Shown here in pieces: positions 1 to 8,307 of a stretch of DNA of 40,624 nucleotides (its first letter is position 1; each line of letters starts with the position of its first letter). The stretch is taken from positions 1-40,624 of the forward strand of contig JBBTXT010000003.1 of NCBI GenBank assembly GCA_038062135.1. The letters are read 5' to 3'. The notes beneath the pieces were generated by a model, which did not search any database, had not been told where the DNA came from, and saw only the letters and a list, made by a program, of their open reading frames with translations. Both the position numbers and the translations under genes were made by a program. This DNA is from Patescibacteria group bacterium. GTDB taxonomy: Bacteria; Patescibacteriota; Minisyncoccia; 2-02-FULL-40-12; GWA2-44-9.

Positions 1-734
1 TGGGGAGTGTTGATGTACTTCGCTTGGCCTTCCGTAGCCTTGGCGAAGGAGGCTCCGCCGTCTCCCTCTTTCGTTGAAGCTTTAGAGGGCACAGCAAAAA
101 TGCGGGCGGTAAAGCCGACGACTTGCCCGTTTACATCTTCGATTGGGAATGTAATCCTGGATCGGAAGCGGTCGTATGCGCGGCCCTCCTTCTCTACAAC
201 GACGCCGGCCGCTACAATGTCACGCTCTTTAAATCCGCGCTGACGCAAAAAACCGCTTAGAGCCTGCCAGTCGTTAGGCGCGTAGCCCATGCGGAATTCT
301 TTAATCGTTTCTTGCGTCAGGCCGCGATCAGTCAGGTAGGCCATCGCGCGCTTCCCGGACGGAGACTCCCAAAGCTGTTTTTCAAAAAACTTTGCCGAGA
401 TTTCGCAGATTTCATGAAGTGGGGCACGATTGTCGGTTTTGGGTCCGCTGTACTTTTCAATATCAACTCCCGCCCGGCGTGCAAGAATGCGCATCGCCTC
501 TGGAAATTCAACGCCTTCTATTTCTTGGACAAATGTAAACATGTCTCCACCCTTAGCACATCCGAAGCAGTGCCATATTTTACGTTCCGGTGAAACGTAA
601 AAAGAAGGCGACTTCTCGTTGTGGAACGGACAGCGCGCCTTAAAATTAATCCCCGATTTCTGGAGCTTTAAATAACCGGAGACTACATCCGCGACTTCAA
701 GCCGCGATTTTATCTGTTCAACGGTATCGGACAT
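1..734 (-). CDS. dnaG: DNA primase DnaG, N-terminal ~244 codons (gene continues past the left edge)
   Basis: Reverse-strand translation from the ATG at 732-734 reads MSDTVEQIKSRLEVADVVSGYLKLQKSGINFKARCPFHNEKSPSFYVSPERKIWHCFGCAKGGD..., the CHC2 zinc finger of bacterial primase. It continues to ...GQAKYINTP, which resembles the KY[IL]NSPET motif. The ORF is open to the window edge, so it is absent from the ORF track. Confidence 0.9.
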   Translation of the reverse strand, partial: MSDTVEQIKSRLEVADVVSGYLKLQKSGINFKARCPFHNEKSPSFYVSPERKIWHCFGCAKGGDMFTFVQEIEGVEFPEAMRILARRAGVDIEKYSGPKTDNRAPLHEICEISAKFFEKQLWESPSGKRAMAYLTDRGLTQETIKEFRMGYAPNDWQALSGFLRQRGFKERDIVAAGVVVEKEGRAYDRFRSRITFPIEDVNGQVVGFTARIFAVPSKASTKEGDGGASFAKATEGQAKYINTP

Positions 735-742
735 AAAAGACT

Positions 743-1267
743 CTAGAAACTAGTAACTGACTTTTCAAAATCTGCAACTGATATGTGCATGGTAGTATTA
801 CCACGCTGAAGTTCAACAAACGTGTTTCCGTTTTCTGTAACAATGTTGTTTACCTTCCAACGACCACCAAGATTAAGCTTGTCAAATTGCATTTCTACTT
901 CAGTGCCAACAATTTTATCAGCAATCATTGCAAGTTTTTCAACGGTCAGACTGACGCTATTTTTTATCACCTCATCTTCCGATACCTTAAGCGTATTCGG
1001 TCCGAAAGCCTGTTCAAGCAACATAGTGCGCTTACCGCTAATCGGATCCATCTTATGGGAACCCTTTTCTGTAAGTTCGTACCCAATCACCCGCCACGGC
1101 CCTAGGCCAGACTCATCATTTACCACATCAACAATTTCCCCTTCTTTGATTTCTTCAATACGAAAAACTCCTGTTTTTTCAGGATCAAAATTATCGGGAC
1201 GGAACGTCATTGTTTCTTTATCAACAGACTTTTTCTCCGGAGACGCGGGTTTTGGAAATTCGCTCAT
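743..1267 (-). CDS. hypothetical protein, 174 aa, with an internal two-fold repeat
   Basis: Track ORF with native composition, packed between dnaG and the exonuclease gene with 8-9 nt spacers. It has two similar segments (EGEIVDVVNDESGLGPWRVIGYELTEKG and GTEVEMQFDKLNLGGRWKVNNIVTENG). I recognise no family. Confidence 0.6.
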   Translation of the reverse strand: MSEFPKPASPEKKSVDKETMTFRPDNFDPEKTGVFRIEEIKEGEIVDVVNDESGLGPWRVIGYELTEKGSHKMDPISGKRTMLLEQAFGPNTLKVSEDEVIKNSVSLTVEKLAMIADKIVGTEVEMQFDKLNLGGRWKVNNIVTENGNTFVELQRGNTTMHISVADFEKSVTSF

Positions 1268-1276
1268 GGTATAAAA

Positions 1277-1816
1277 TTAGATTAGCTTTTTTAATACTTC
1301 GTAAGCTTTCATGGCACCGTTGATGCCGCGGTGTGGCGACGGTTCCGGCTCAATGCCGTATAGCTTACAAATTTCTTTCAAGCTTATTTTTTCCAAGCCT
1401 GCGTTTCGTAACTTTAACCAAGCAATCGTAGGCAGGTCTATGCGGTGATAATCAATGCCGTCGCGCACTCTGGTTGTGCGAAATGCTTCCTCAATAAACT
1501 GCCAGTCAAAGGTAATGTTCCAGGAAGCAAACACCGCACCCTCAGTTTTTGCCGAGTACTGCTCCATCGCGTCTTTTAGAGGAATCGCTTCGGTCCAATG
1601 ATCCGGCCTAAAGCCGGCAACCAGGGATGACTTGGGATCAGCCGTTTCAAGGTGCGTCGGAATGACCTTAATGTCTAAGGTATCCTTAATTTCAAAAGTT
1701 TCTTGATCAACCAACACGAGGCCGATCTCTATGATTTCGTGGCGCCGGACATCTAAGCCGGTGGTTTCCACATCTGTTATAGCGAGAGGTCGCTTAAAAA
1801 AGGACGTAGTGTCCAT
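1277..1816 (-). CDS. DEDD-family 3'-5' exonuclease (DnaQ / Pol III epsilon-like)
   Basis: AITDVETTGLD matches the ExoI DxE motif, IIEIGLVLVD follows it, and HRGINGA near the C-terminus is ExoIII-like. I prefer the ATG at 1814-1816 (MDTTSFF..., GGGAG 7 nt upstream) over the track's GTG at 1837. Confidence 0.75.
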   Translation of the reverse strand: MDTTSFFKRPLAITDVETTGLDVRRHEIIEIGLVLVDQETFEIKDTLDIKVIPTHLETADPKSSLVAGFRPDHWTEAIPLKDAMEQYSAKTEGAVFASWNITFDWQFIEEAFRTTRVRDGIDYHRIDLPTIAWLKLRNAGLEKISLKEICKLYGIEPEPSPHRGINGAMKAYEVLKKLI

Positions 1817-1905
1817 TAATTGCTCCCATTGTCGCACATTGTATTTTTACGTCAAGCCCAGGAAGACCTTCTATTTTGGGCGGTTTTAGGCTATAGTGTA
1901 GGCTT

Positions 1906-2883
1906 ATGCTCGTAGATGACCTCACAATTATAGTCGCCGCCGGGAACGGCGGTAAGGGATTATCAGCTTTTAATAAGAATAAAATGCAACTCGGCCCGTC
2001 AGGCGGGTCGGGCGGGCACGGCGGAAGCGTGTACGTAGAGGGTGTATCTGACCTTGGCGCGCTTACAAAACTTCGCTACACCAAGACTCTCAAGGCGCAA
2101 GACGGAAAAAACGGCCATCAACAACTCAACGACGGCACCGCTGGCGAAGATTTAACCATCAAGGTTCCGGTTGGCACAGTAGTACATAATTTAAATACAA
2201 AAACCGACGCGGAAATAACCGCCGTCGGACAACGCCTGCTTATTGCGCGCGGCGGCAAGGGCGGGCGCGGAAACTTTCATTTTCGCGGACCGGAAAACAC
2301 GAGCCCCACGGAATTTGAAGAAGGCCGACCTGGAGAAAAGTTTCGCGTCAGGTTTGAACTCAAGCTTATCGCTAATGTCGGTCTCATCGGACTGCCAAAC
2401 GTCGGCAAGTCTTCACTTTTAAATGAGCTCACCAAAGCAAAGAGTAAGGTAGCAAACTATTCGTTTACCACTCTTGAACCGCATTTGGGCTCCTACTACG
2501 GCCTTATTATTGCCGATATTCCCGGATTGATTGAGGGCGCATCGGAAGGCAAGGGGCTGGGTATAAAGTTTTTGCGCCACGTGGAACGAACCAAGATTTT
2601 GTTTCACTTAATTTCCGCCGAATCAGAGGATCCGGTTTCAGACTATAAGACTATTCGCTCCGAACTTGGAGCCTACAACCCGGCACTCCTTGAAAAACAA
2701 GAATATGTGTTTGTGAGCAAAAGCGATGCGGTAGATGAAGACAAACTTAAAGAGACGATTGGTTTATTAAAAAAGCATAATCCGAAAGTGTATCCCCTTT
2801 CTATTATTGATGAAGCAAGTTTAAAAAAGGTTCAGACGTTACTGAACTCGATTGCCAAAGAATCTCAAATTGAAGAGTCTTAA
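1906..2883 (+). CDS. obg: GTPase Obg/CgtA
   Basis: Glycine-rich Obg fold at the N-terminus (AAGNGGKGLSAFNKNK...GGSGGHGGSVYVEG...GGKGGRGNFHF) followed by G-domain motifs GLPNVGKSSLLN and DIPGLIEGA. Confidence 0.93.
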   Translation: MLVDDLTIIVAAGNGGKGLSAFNKNKMQLGPSGGSGGHGGSVYVEGVSDLGALTKLRYTKTLKAQDGKNGHQQLNDGTAGEDLTIKVPVGTVVHNLNTKTDAEITAVGQRLLIARGGKGGRGNFHFRGPENTSPTEFEEGRPGEKFRVRFELKLIANVGLIGLPNVGKSSLLNELTKAKSKVANYSFTTLEPHLGSYYGLIIADIPGLIEGASEGKGLGIKFLRHVERTKILFHLISAESEDPVSDYKTIRSELGAYNPALLEKQEYVFVSKSDAVDEDKLKETIGLLKKHNPKVYPLSIIDEASLKKVQTLLNSIAKESQIEES

Positions 2884-4086
2884 TTAGCGGCGGAAGCGAT
2901 TGCGGGGGCGGAATGATCGGCTGCCGAATTTTCGGACGCCGGAGCGTTCCGGAGAAAATGAAACTCCGCCATGTGAAATGACGGGAATCTCTTTACGAAT
3001 GAGTCTTTCAATATCGCGCACATCGCGCTTTTGATCGGGAGTGGCAAATGAAACGGCTTTTCCTTCTTTGCCGGCGCGAGCGGTGCGGCCAATGCGGTGT
3101 ACGTAGTCTTCGGAGTTGTCGGGAAGGTCGTAGTTGATTACAAGTTCAATGCCGCTGACATCAATACCGCGAGCGGCGATATCGGTGGCAACGAGGATAC
3201 GGTACTTACCAGATTTAAAACCAGCGAGCGCTTCCCTGCGCTGGCCAAGCGAGCGATTGGAGTGTATCTCGGCGGTCTTGTGACCCATGTTTTGAATGGA
3301 TCGGCAGATTTTAGTGGCGCCGTGTTTGGTTCTAGAAAATACCAACACCGTACCGGCGTGTTCTTTAAGCAGTTTCTCAAGCAATAAAAGTTTTTCTTCT
3401 TTTCTTACAACAAATATTTCTTGTTCAACACGTTCGGCGGCGGTTCCGGATGGCGCAACTTCAATCCGAACCGGCATCGCCATATACGAGGTAATTATTT
3501 TAATCACCTGTGGCGGCATCGTGGCCGAGAACAACATCGTCTGTCGTTCTTTCGGCACAAGGTGAAAAATCTTGTCTATCTGCGGAGCAAAGCCAAGATC
3601 AAACATGCGATCCGCTTCGTCCAATATAAGAATTTTAACCCCATCTAATTTTACGGTTCGGCGTTCTATATGATCTAAAAGTCTGCCGGGGGTCGCAACG
3701 ATTACGTTCGGTTTTCGGCGAAGCGGACCCATTTGGCGTCCCATGGGTTCTCCGCCGATAAGAACGGCCGTCATAAGGCCCAAGGAGCGTCCAAGCTGTT
3801 GGAGCACCTCGTCTACCTGTATCGCAAGCTCGCGAGTTGGAACCACGATAAGCCCCATCCCGCCTGTTTTATAAAGACGTTGTAGAAGGGGCAAACCGTA
3901 TGCCAGAGTTTTTCCAGTTCCGGTCTGGGCAATGCCCATTAAATCCTTGCCCTCTATGGCCGCGGGGATGGATTGGTGCTGGATCGGAGTCGGTTCGGTG
4001 AAGTTAATCTGCTTAAGAATGTTGAGAAATTCAGGCGCAATTCCAAGGTTATTAAAATCAGAGGACGTTGTTTGATGTAATGTCAT
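2884..4086 (-). CDS. DEAD-box ATP-dependent RNA helicase
   Basis: Motifs AQTGTGKT, PTRELA, DEAD, SAT and HRIGRTARAG, with a basic RGG-like tail. Its stop codon abuts the obg stop (TAA TTA at 2881-2886). Confidence 0.93.
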   Translation of the reverse strand: MTLHQTTSSDFNNLGIAPEFLNILKQINFTEPTPIQHQSIPAAIEGKDLMGIAQTGTGKTLAYGLPLLQRLYKTGGMGLIVVPTRELAIQVDEVLQQLGRSLGLMTAVLIGGEPMGRQMGPLRRKPNVIVATPGRLLDHIERRTVKLDGVKILILDEADRMFDLGFAPQIDKIFHLVPKERQTMLFSATMPPQVIKIITSYMAMPVRIEVAPSGTAAERVEQEIFVVRKEEKLLLLEKLLKEHAGTVLVFSRTKHGATKICRSIQNMGHKTAEIHSNRSLGQRREALAGFKSGKYRILVATDIAARGIDVSGIELVINYDLPDNSEDYVHRIGRTARAGKEGKAVSFATPDQKRDVRDIERLIRKEIPVISHGGVSFSPERSGVRKFGSRSFRPRNRFRR

Positions 4087-4100
4087 TTTGTGCGGTATTA

Positions 4101-4129
4101 ATAATATACTAAAAATTGATTTAGGTCAA
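4101..4129 (-). promoter_or_regulatory. candidate sigma70-type promoter for the helicase gene
   Basis: The reverse strand reads TTGACC (4124-4129), 17 nt, TATTAT (4101-4106), about 15 nt before the ATG at 4086. Confidence 0.45.
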
Positions 4130-4228
4130 TATTTTCTAACCTGGATAACCCGCCTTGACGCTTCTTATTAAAGGGAATAAACCAGGACATCTCCATACGG
4201 AGGAAACCGTGGAGTAAGGGAGATTGCC

Positions 4229-4324
4229 ATGAAGGCAGAGGACGTGGTCAAATGCGCCTTCCTGTGCACGATCATCGCGGTGTGTTGCTGGCTGGGACTC
4301 GGGAGGAATAACTATGAGGATTAA
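4229..4324 (+). CDS. possible 31-aa hydrophobic, Cys-rich small protein
   Basis: ATG at 4229 preceded by GGAGTAAGGGAG. Translation is MKAEDVVKCAFLCTIIAVCCWLGLGRNNYED. It overlaps the next ORF's start by 11 nt. Not in the ORF track because it is short. Confidence 0.3.
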   Translation: MKAEDVVKCAFLCTIIAVCCWLGLGRNNYED

Positions 4325-4823
4325 TGAAGATCCAAGACCCCTCATCACCGTCCTTGCGATGTTCGTGGCGGTTCTTTGGGCGCCCGTAAGCCAAGGGGGT
4401 AAACGGCACAATGTTGGCTACGGCGCCAATTCGGTCCATCAGACGGAAGGCAGGACGGTCTTCAAAGTTATCCCCACTTCGCAAGGCTATAGAAGGTGCG
4501 AGACACTGGGGATAACGGTCCAGATAGAAAACCCGGGACCGAAGTACTACTGCCTGGGGGTCAGGATTGAGTGGGGCGACGGCAGTACGAGCGAACACGA
4601 ATCTTCCTGCGAGCCGTTTGAAACGCTTGAAGATGAAGAAAAGCGCTTATCTTCGCACCCCTACTTCTTCCACAAATACCGGACACTGGCGTACCGGGAG
4701 GTGCGCATCACTCTGTACGAACAGGGCTCGGGGAAGAACCTGAAGACGCTCGAAACCATCAGGCTGAACCAGCACTTGGGTGGAATAAGCGTGTCGGAAA
4801 AAATAAGCGGCAGCATCAATTGA
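4314..4823 (+). CDS. secreted or membrane-anchored hypothetical protein with a PKD-like signature (169 aa), GC-rich cassette
   Basis: GGGAGG lies 7 nt before the ATG. There is an N-terminal hydrophobic segment (PLITVLAMFVAVLWAPVSQG). IEWGDGSTSE ... HKYRTLAYREVRITLYEQG loosely resembles the PKD WxFGDGS / HxY...Y.V.L pattern. Third codon positions are biased to G/C compared with neighbouring genes. Confidence 0.6.
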   Translation: MRINEDPRPLITVLAMFVAVLWAPVSQGGKRHNVGYGANSVHQTEGRTVFKVIPTSQGYRRCETLGITVQIENPGPKYYCLGVRIEWGDGSTSEHESSCEPFETLEDEEKRLSSHPYFFHKYRTLAYREVRITLYEQGSGKNLKTLETIRLNQHLGGISVSEKISGSIN

Positions 4824-4831
4824 GCGCGACC

Positions 4832-4863
4832 GGACGGGCAGCAATGCCCGTCCTAATTTTTTA
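4832..4863 (+). terminator. rho-independent terminator
   Basis: GGACGGGCA (4832-4840), loop GCAA, TGCCCGTCC (4845-4853), then TAATTTTTT. Confidence 0.75.
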
Positions 4864-4870
4864 TACAGAG

Positions 4871-5182
4871 TTATTCGCCAAGCTGGAACGGTGGATATAT
4901 ATCCGTGAGTCCCATGAAAAAAGCGTTTACCCTAGTGCTCCAGCGAGTCACGCCTACGGTAAAGTTAAAAAGTTCCTGCGGGTATTTACCGATAAACAGC
5001 ACCGCAAACTGGCCGATAACCACAGCAATAAACGAAGCGATACCAAGCACCCACAAAATAATAAAGTGCGGTACCAACGCTATCGCTTTTGGGAATAAAA
5101 ACAAAAGAAACGAAAGCGCCCATAAGCGCGAAGACTTTTCCGGCCGGCTGATAGAAACTGTTACGGGATGTTGTGTGTTCAT
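4871..5182 (-). CDS. DUF4389-family membrane protein
   Basis: Sequence ...KAIALVPHFIILWVLGIASFIAVVIGQFAVLFIGKYPQELFNFTVGVTRWSTRVNAFFMGLTDIYPPF matches my memory of the DUF4389 pattern (iPH...GryP...rw..rv.ay...ltd.YPPF). Confidence 0.75.
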   Translation of the reverse strand: MNTQHPVTVSISRPEKSSRLWALSFLLFLFPKAIALVPHFIILWVLGIASFIAVVIGQFAVLFIGKYPQELFNFTVGVTRWSTRVNAFFMGLTDIYPPFQLGE

Positions 5183-5519
5183 ATTTTTATTGTTTTAAAT
5201 TTAATTACTTTCTAAGATCGGCCCACAAGGATAATATACCAAGCGCTAGAAAAAGTAGTGACTCAATCCAATTGCCTTTCTGAAATGCTTCCACTAGGGC
5301 TATCCCGAAAAAATATTATAAATACCGCTTGATTTGTAAACTTTAGATTTTTCATATCCATCCGACTTCTCTTCAAGGATATAAAATAGGTTGCCATTTG
5401 GCAATCTATTTTATATCTGCGGTGGCGGGGTGGTTCAGTCCTCGTCCGGATGTTCGTCAAAGTAAGTTCGGATTTTAACCAAAAGGTACCGCAATTCATC
5501 CAATTCCGATTTTCAATTT

Positions 5520-5607
5520 TGGCGGAGGCGGGAGGATTCGAACCTCCGGTACCTTGCGGTACACCCGCTTTCCAAGCGGGCGCACTAGACCACTATGCGA
5601 CGCCTCC
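5520..5607 (-). tRNA. tRNA-Ser (anticodon GGA), type II, CCA encoded
   Basis: The reverse complement folds as acceptor GGAGGCG/CGCCTCC, anticodon stem CCCGC/GCGGG with loop TTGGAAA (GGA), a long variable arm, T-arm GGAGG-TTCGAAT-CCTCC, discriminator G and CCA. Confidence 0.9.
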
Positions 5608-5651
5608 AGAATTGAGGGGGCTCCTTGCGGGGCCCCCTTGAGAAAGTACGA

Positions 5652-5975
5652 TCAGACGACGGTGTGAACCTCGCCGACCTCGGCCAGGAGATTGAAGTTA
5701 GGCGGAATGCTGGTGAGCTGTTCTTCCACCCACTCCCGAGCCTGGTCGGTCAGGAACTCGTCCAGTGGGAGTTCCTCGCGGGCCACGATCAGGCACGACA
5801 GAAGGTCGTGGTTATTGAGGTCTTTGGGCCAAGTGTGATGGTGGCTCAGCCGGTGGATGACCTCCCGAAACACCTCTTCGGTCTCCATGAGCATCTCCGG
5901 CAAGTGCCCAAAGGTGGTCTTGTAGACCTCCAAGAGCATCGCGCGGAGATCCAGATTCCTATTCTGCATGCTCAT
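5652..5975 (-). CDS. hypothetical acidic protein, 107 aa, GC-rich cassette
   Basis: ATG at 5973-5975, one nucleotide after the murD stop (TAG at 5977-5979), with GAGGT inside the murD 3' end. Strong G/C bias at third codon positions. Followed by a GC hairpin at 5616-5637. The opposite-strand ORF 5625..5993 lacks this codon bias. Confidence 0.6.
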   Translation of the reverse strand: MSMQNRNLDLRAMLLEVYKTTFGHLPEMLMETEEVFREVIHRLSHHHTWPKDLNNHDLLSCLIVAREELPLDEFLTDQAREWVEEQLTSIPPNFNLLAEVGEVHTVV

Positions 5976-5976
5976 C

Positions 5977-7410
5977 CTACCTCACTTTCCTGACCAGGGT
6001 GTTGAACTTTGCACCCCTGTCATACTCGTTCTTGAAGAGCCCGAAGCTTTTGGCACCGGGCGAGAAAACAATCGCGGCTTTTGGCATCCTCCGCGCCAGA
6101 GCCAACGCGGCGTGAAACGCTTGGGCCAGATCCGCCACCTGGGTAACGCCATGCCACCTCCTAGGCAAACTTGCGATCATATTAGCAGTCGCGGTGCCTT
6201 CAAGCAAGATGAGATTATCCTTCTTAATGTATTTAGGAATGACTCTGCCCCAGTTCTTAAAATCAAGATTTCGGTCGGTTCCGCCGGCAATAAGGATAAC
6301 GTTGGGCCGCCCCCCCTTCGCCAAGGCTCCGAATGGCGAAGCAAATCTTTTTACCGCGGCAATAGAGCCTTCGGGAGAGGTTGCGGTTGTGTCGTTTACT
6401 ATTGTCAGGTGTTTATTTTTGAAAATAATCTCTTGGCGAAATGGTATTTGTGGAAGCGAAACAATGCGGGATTGAATTTCTTTTCCGGTTACGCCGGCAA
6501 GATATGCAGCAAGCGCGGAGGCAAGAAGATTCTCAAGGTTGTGGCTTCCGTATTCTTTTTCAAAACTCTTTACTAAAAGTACCGGGTGGGCGTGCCCGTC
6601 AAATTGGTAACAGATCTCGCCCTTTTTATAAAAAACTCCGTTTTGTTTTTTGTTTAATTTACCCGTCGCCGAGAAAAACCAGACATGACATTTGGATTTG
6701 CTCTTGGCAAGCTTTGAAAAATACGGCGTCCATTTGTTGTCCGCGTTCAAAATAAGTACTTGACCCTGCTTTTGGCCGATAAATAAATTTGCTTTGGTAT
6801 CCGCATAACCTTTCATAGTAAGGTGCCGGTTGAGATGGTCTTGGTAAAGATTGGTCACCACGGCAATATCTGATTTTCGCATTTCTTCATTGAATAATTC
6901 CAAATGGAAGGATGGGATTTCGGACGCAACCCAGTCTAATTTTGGCGTACGATCTACAATTTTCAGAAATTGATATTCGGTTGAATTACCCGCAATCGCG
7001 GAGTGATACTTTGCACCGAGAAAATGATTAATCCAATGCGTGGTCGTGGTTTTTCCACGAGTTCCTGTTATGCCGACAATCGGACAAGTCACCCACTTAA
7101 AAAATAGTGTGGCTTCGTTTTCAACAGGAATTCCTTTTTTAAAAGCGTGCTTGATGTATTCATTATTAATTGAAACATCCGGATTCATAACTATTAAATC
7201 CGATTTTTCAATGTCTTTTTTTGAATGGCCGCCAAGCTTGAGCAAAACTTTCCCCTTTATTTTTTTAAGGGTTGGAGCCAGGTCTGTTTTGGTTTTCAAA
7301 TCGGTGACCGTAACTTTTGCGCCATGCTTAATGAGCCAGTTTGTTGTGGCCAGTCCCCCGCCTAAAATCCCGAACCCGAAAACTAAAACTTTTTTATTCC
7401 TTATGTCCAT
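5977..7410 (-). CDS. murD: UDP-N-acetylmuramoyl-L-alanine--D-glutamate ligase
   Basis: N-terminal Rossmann segment KVLVFGFGILGGGLATTNWLIKHGAKVTVTD and the Mur ligase P-loop GITGTRGKTTTTHWI. Confidence 0.88.
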   Translation of the reverse strand: MDIRNKKVLVFGFGILGGGLATTNWLIKHGAKVTVTDLKTKTDLAPTLKKIKGKVLLKLGGHSKKDIEKSDLIVMNPDVSINNEYIKHAFKKGIPVENEATLFFKWVTCPIVGITGTRGKTTTTHWINHFLGAKYHSAIAGNSTEYQFLKIVDRTPKLDWVASEIPSFHLELFNEEMRKSDIAVVTNLYQDHLNRHLTMKGYADTKANLFIGQKQGQVLILNADNKWTPYFSKLAKSKSKCHVWFFSATGKLNKKQNGVFYKKGEICYQFDGHAHPVLLVKSFEKEYGSHNLENLLASALAAYLAGVTGKEIQSRIVSLPQIPFRQEIIFKNKHLTIVNDTTATSPEGSIAAVKRFASPFGALAKGGRPNVILIAGGTDRNLDFKNWGRVIPKYIKKDNLILLEGTATANMIASLPRRWHGVTQVADLAQAFHAALALARRMPKAAIVFSPGAKSFGLFKNEYDRGAKFNTLVRKVR

Positions 7411-8307
7411 TTATTTACCGCGTAAAGCTCTTATCCTTTCTTCAACCGGCGGGTGAGTCATAAATAGTTTTGCAATCCAGTTTTTGTTTTCTTTTCCCTT
7501 GAGGGGGTTGGCTAAAAATAGATGTGCGGTTGCGGTATGTGCAGTCCGGAGCGGAACGTCGTCGTGAGATATTTTTTCTAAGGCGCTTGCTAGGCCTTCG
7601 GGGTAGCGGGTTAAAAGCGCGCCGGAAGCATCAGCGACAAACTCGCGTTTTCTTGAAACCGCAAGCTGTATCATTGTTGCCGCCAAGGGCGCCAAAATTG
7701 CCGAAACAATCGCAAGCACCACAAAGACGGTATTGCCGCCGCGGTCGTTATCTCGGTCTCGCCCTCCCCAGTACGTCATTCTTAAAAACCAGTCTGACAT
7801 TATCGCGATCATCCCCGCGAGCACCACAACAATCGTGGAAACCAAAATATCACGATTACCAATGTGTGAGAGTTCATGCGCAAGAACGCCAGTCAATTCG
7901 TTGTCATCAAGTCGCTCAAGTGCGCCTTGGGTTACCGCAACCGCCGCATGCTTAGCATCGCGTCCGGTTGCAAAGGCGTTAATTTGCTGGCCGGGGATTA
8001 TATAAAGCCTAGGTAAGGGTAAGCCGGCAGTGATTGAAAGATTTTCAACAATTCTGAAAAGTCTTTCATTGCCAGACCTCTCAAGTTGACGTGCGCCAGA
8101 CATCGCAAGGGCGACTTTATCGGAGTACCAATATGCGAAAATATTACCAACAACGCTCATGAAAGCAAAGATGTAAAGAATTGATGGATTGCCGTACGCT
8201 CGGCTAAATACAAATCCCACCGCGACCAAAAGCACAAAAACCGCTGTCATGAGCAACCAGCTTTTGCGGACATTACTGTCCTGATGAGTATAAAGATTCT
8301 GAACCAT
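7411..8307 (-). CDS. htpX: M48-family zinc protease HtpX
   Basis: Four hydrophobic segments, the HELSHIGNRD (HExxH) motif, and a C-terminal ...MTHPPVEERI. Confidence 0.9.
   Translation of the reverse strand: MVQNLYTHQDSNVRKSWLLMTAVFVLLVAVGFVFSRAYGNPSILYIFAFMSVVGNIFAYWYSDKVALAMSGARQLERSGNERLFRIVENLSITAGLPLPRLYIIPGQQINAFATGRDAKHAAVAVTQGALERLDDNELTGVLAHELSHIGNRDILVSTIVVVLAGMIAIMSDWFLRMTYWGGRDRDNDRGGNTVFVVLAIVSAILAPLAATMIQLAVSRKREFVADASGALLTRYPEGLASALEKISHDDVPLRTAHTATAHLFLANPLKGKENKNWIAKLFMTHPPVEERIRALRGK

Noticed and set aside
785-1274. Plus-strand ORFs 785..1105 and 822..1274, antisense to the 174-aa gene
   Set aside because: Their translations are low-complexity and rich in Ser, Leu, Phe and Thr. 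They fully overlap a better minus-strand ORF that fits the operon packing, so they are shadow ORFs.
2881-2886. Convergent obg and helicase genes with directly abutting stop codons and no terminator
   Set aside because: This is real but reflects ordinary genome compaction. No hidden feature fits in a 0-nt spacer.
5263-5499. 78-aa minus-strand ORF in the AT-rich gap beside tRNA-Ser
   Set aside because: It has no start context and an Arg/Lys/Phe-rich composition that does not look like a real protein, and it spans the 34-nt palindrome. I treat the region as non-coding.
4087-5976. Classical genomic island or prophage integrated at tRNA-Ser
   Set aside because: There is no integrase, no phage genes and no convincing direct repeat of the tRNA 3' end. 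The region between the two GC-rich cassettes contains a native-looking DUF4389 gene.
5625-6576. Plus-strand ORFs 5625..5993 and 5968..6576, opposite cassette 2 and murD
   Set aside because: The opposite strand has the GC3-consistent frame with an SD (5652..5975) and a clear MurD. These ORFs are antisense shadows of the kind common in GC-rich DNA.
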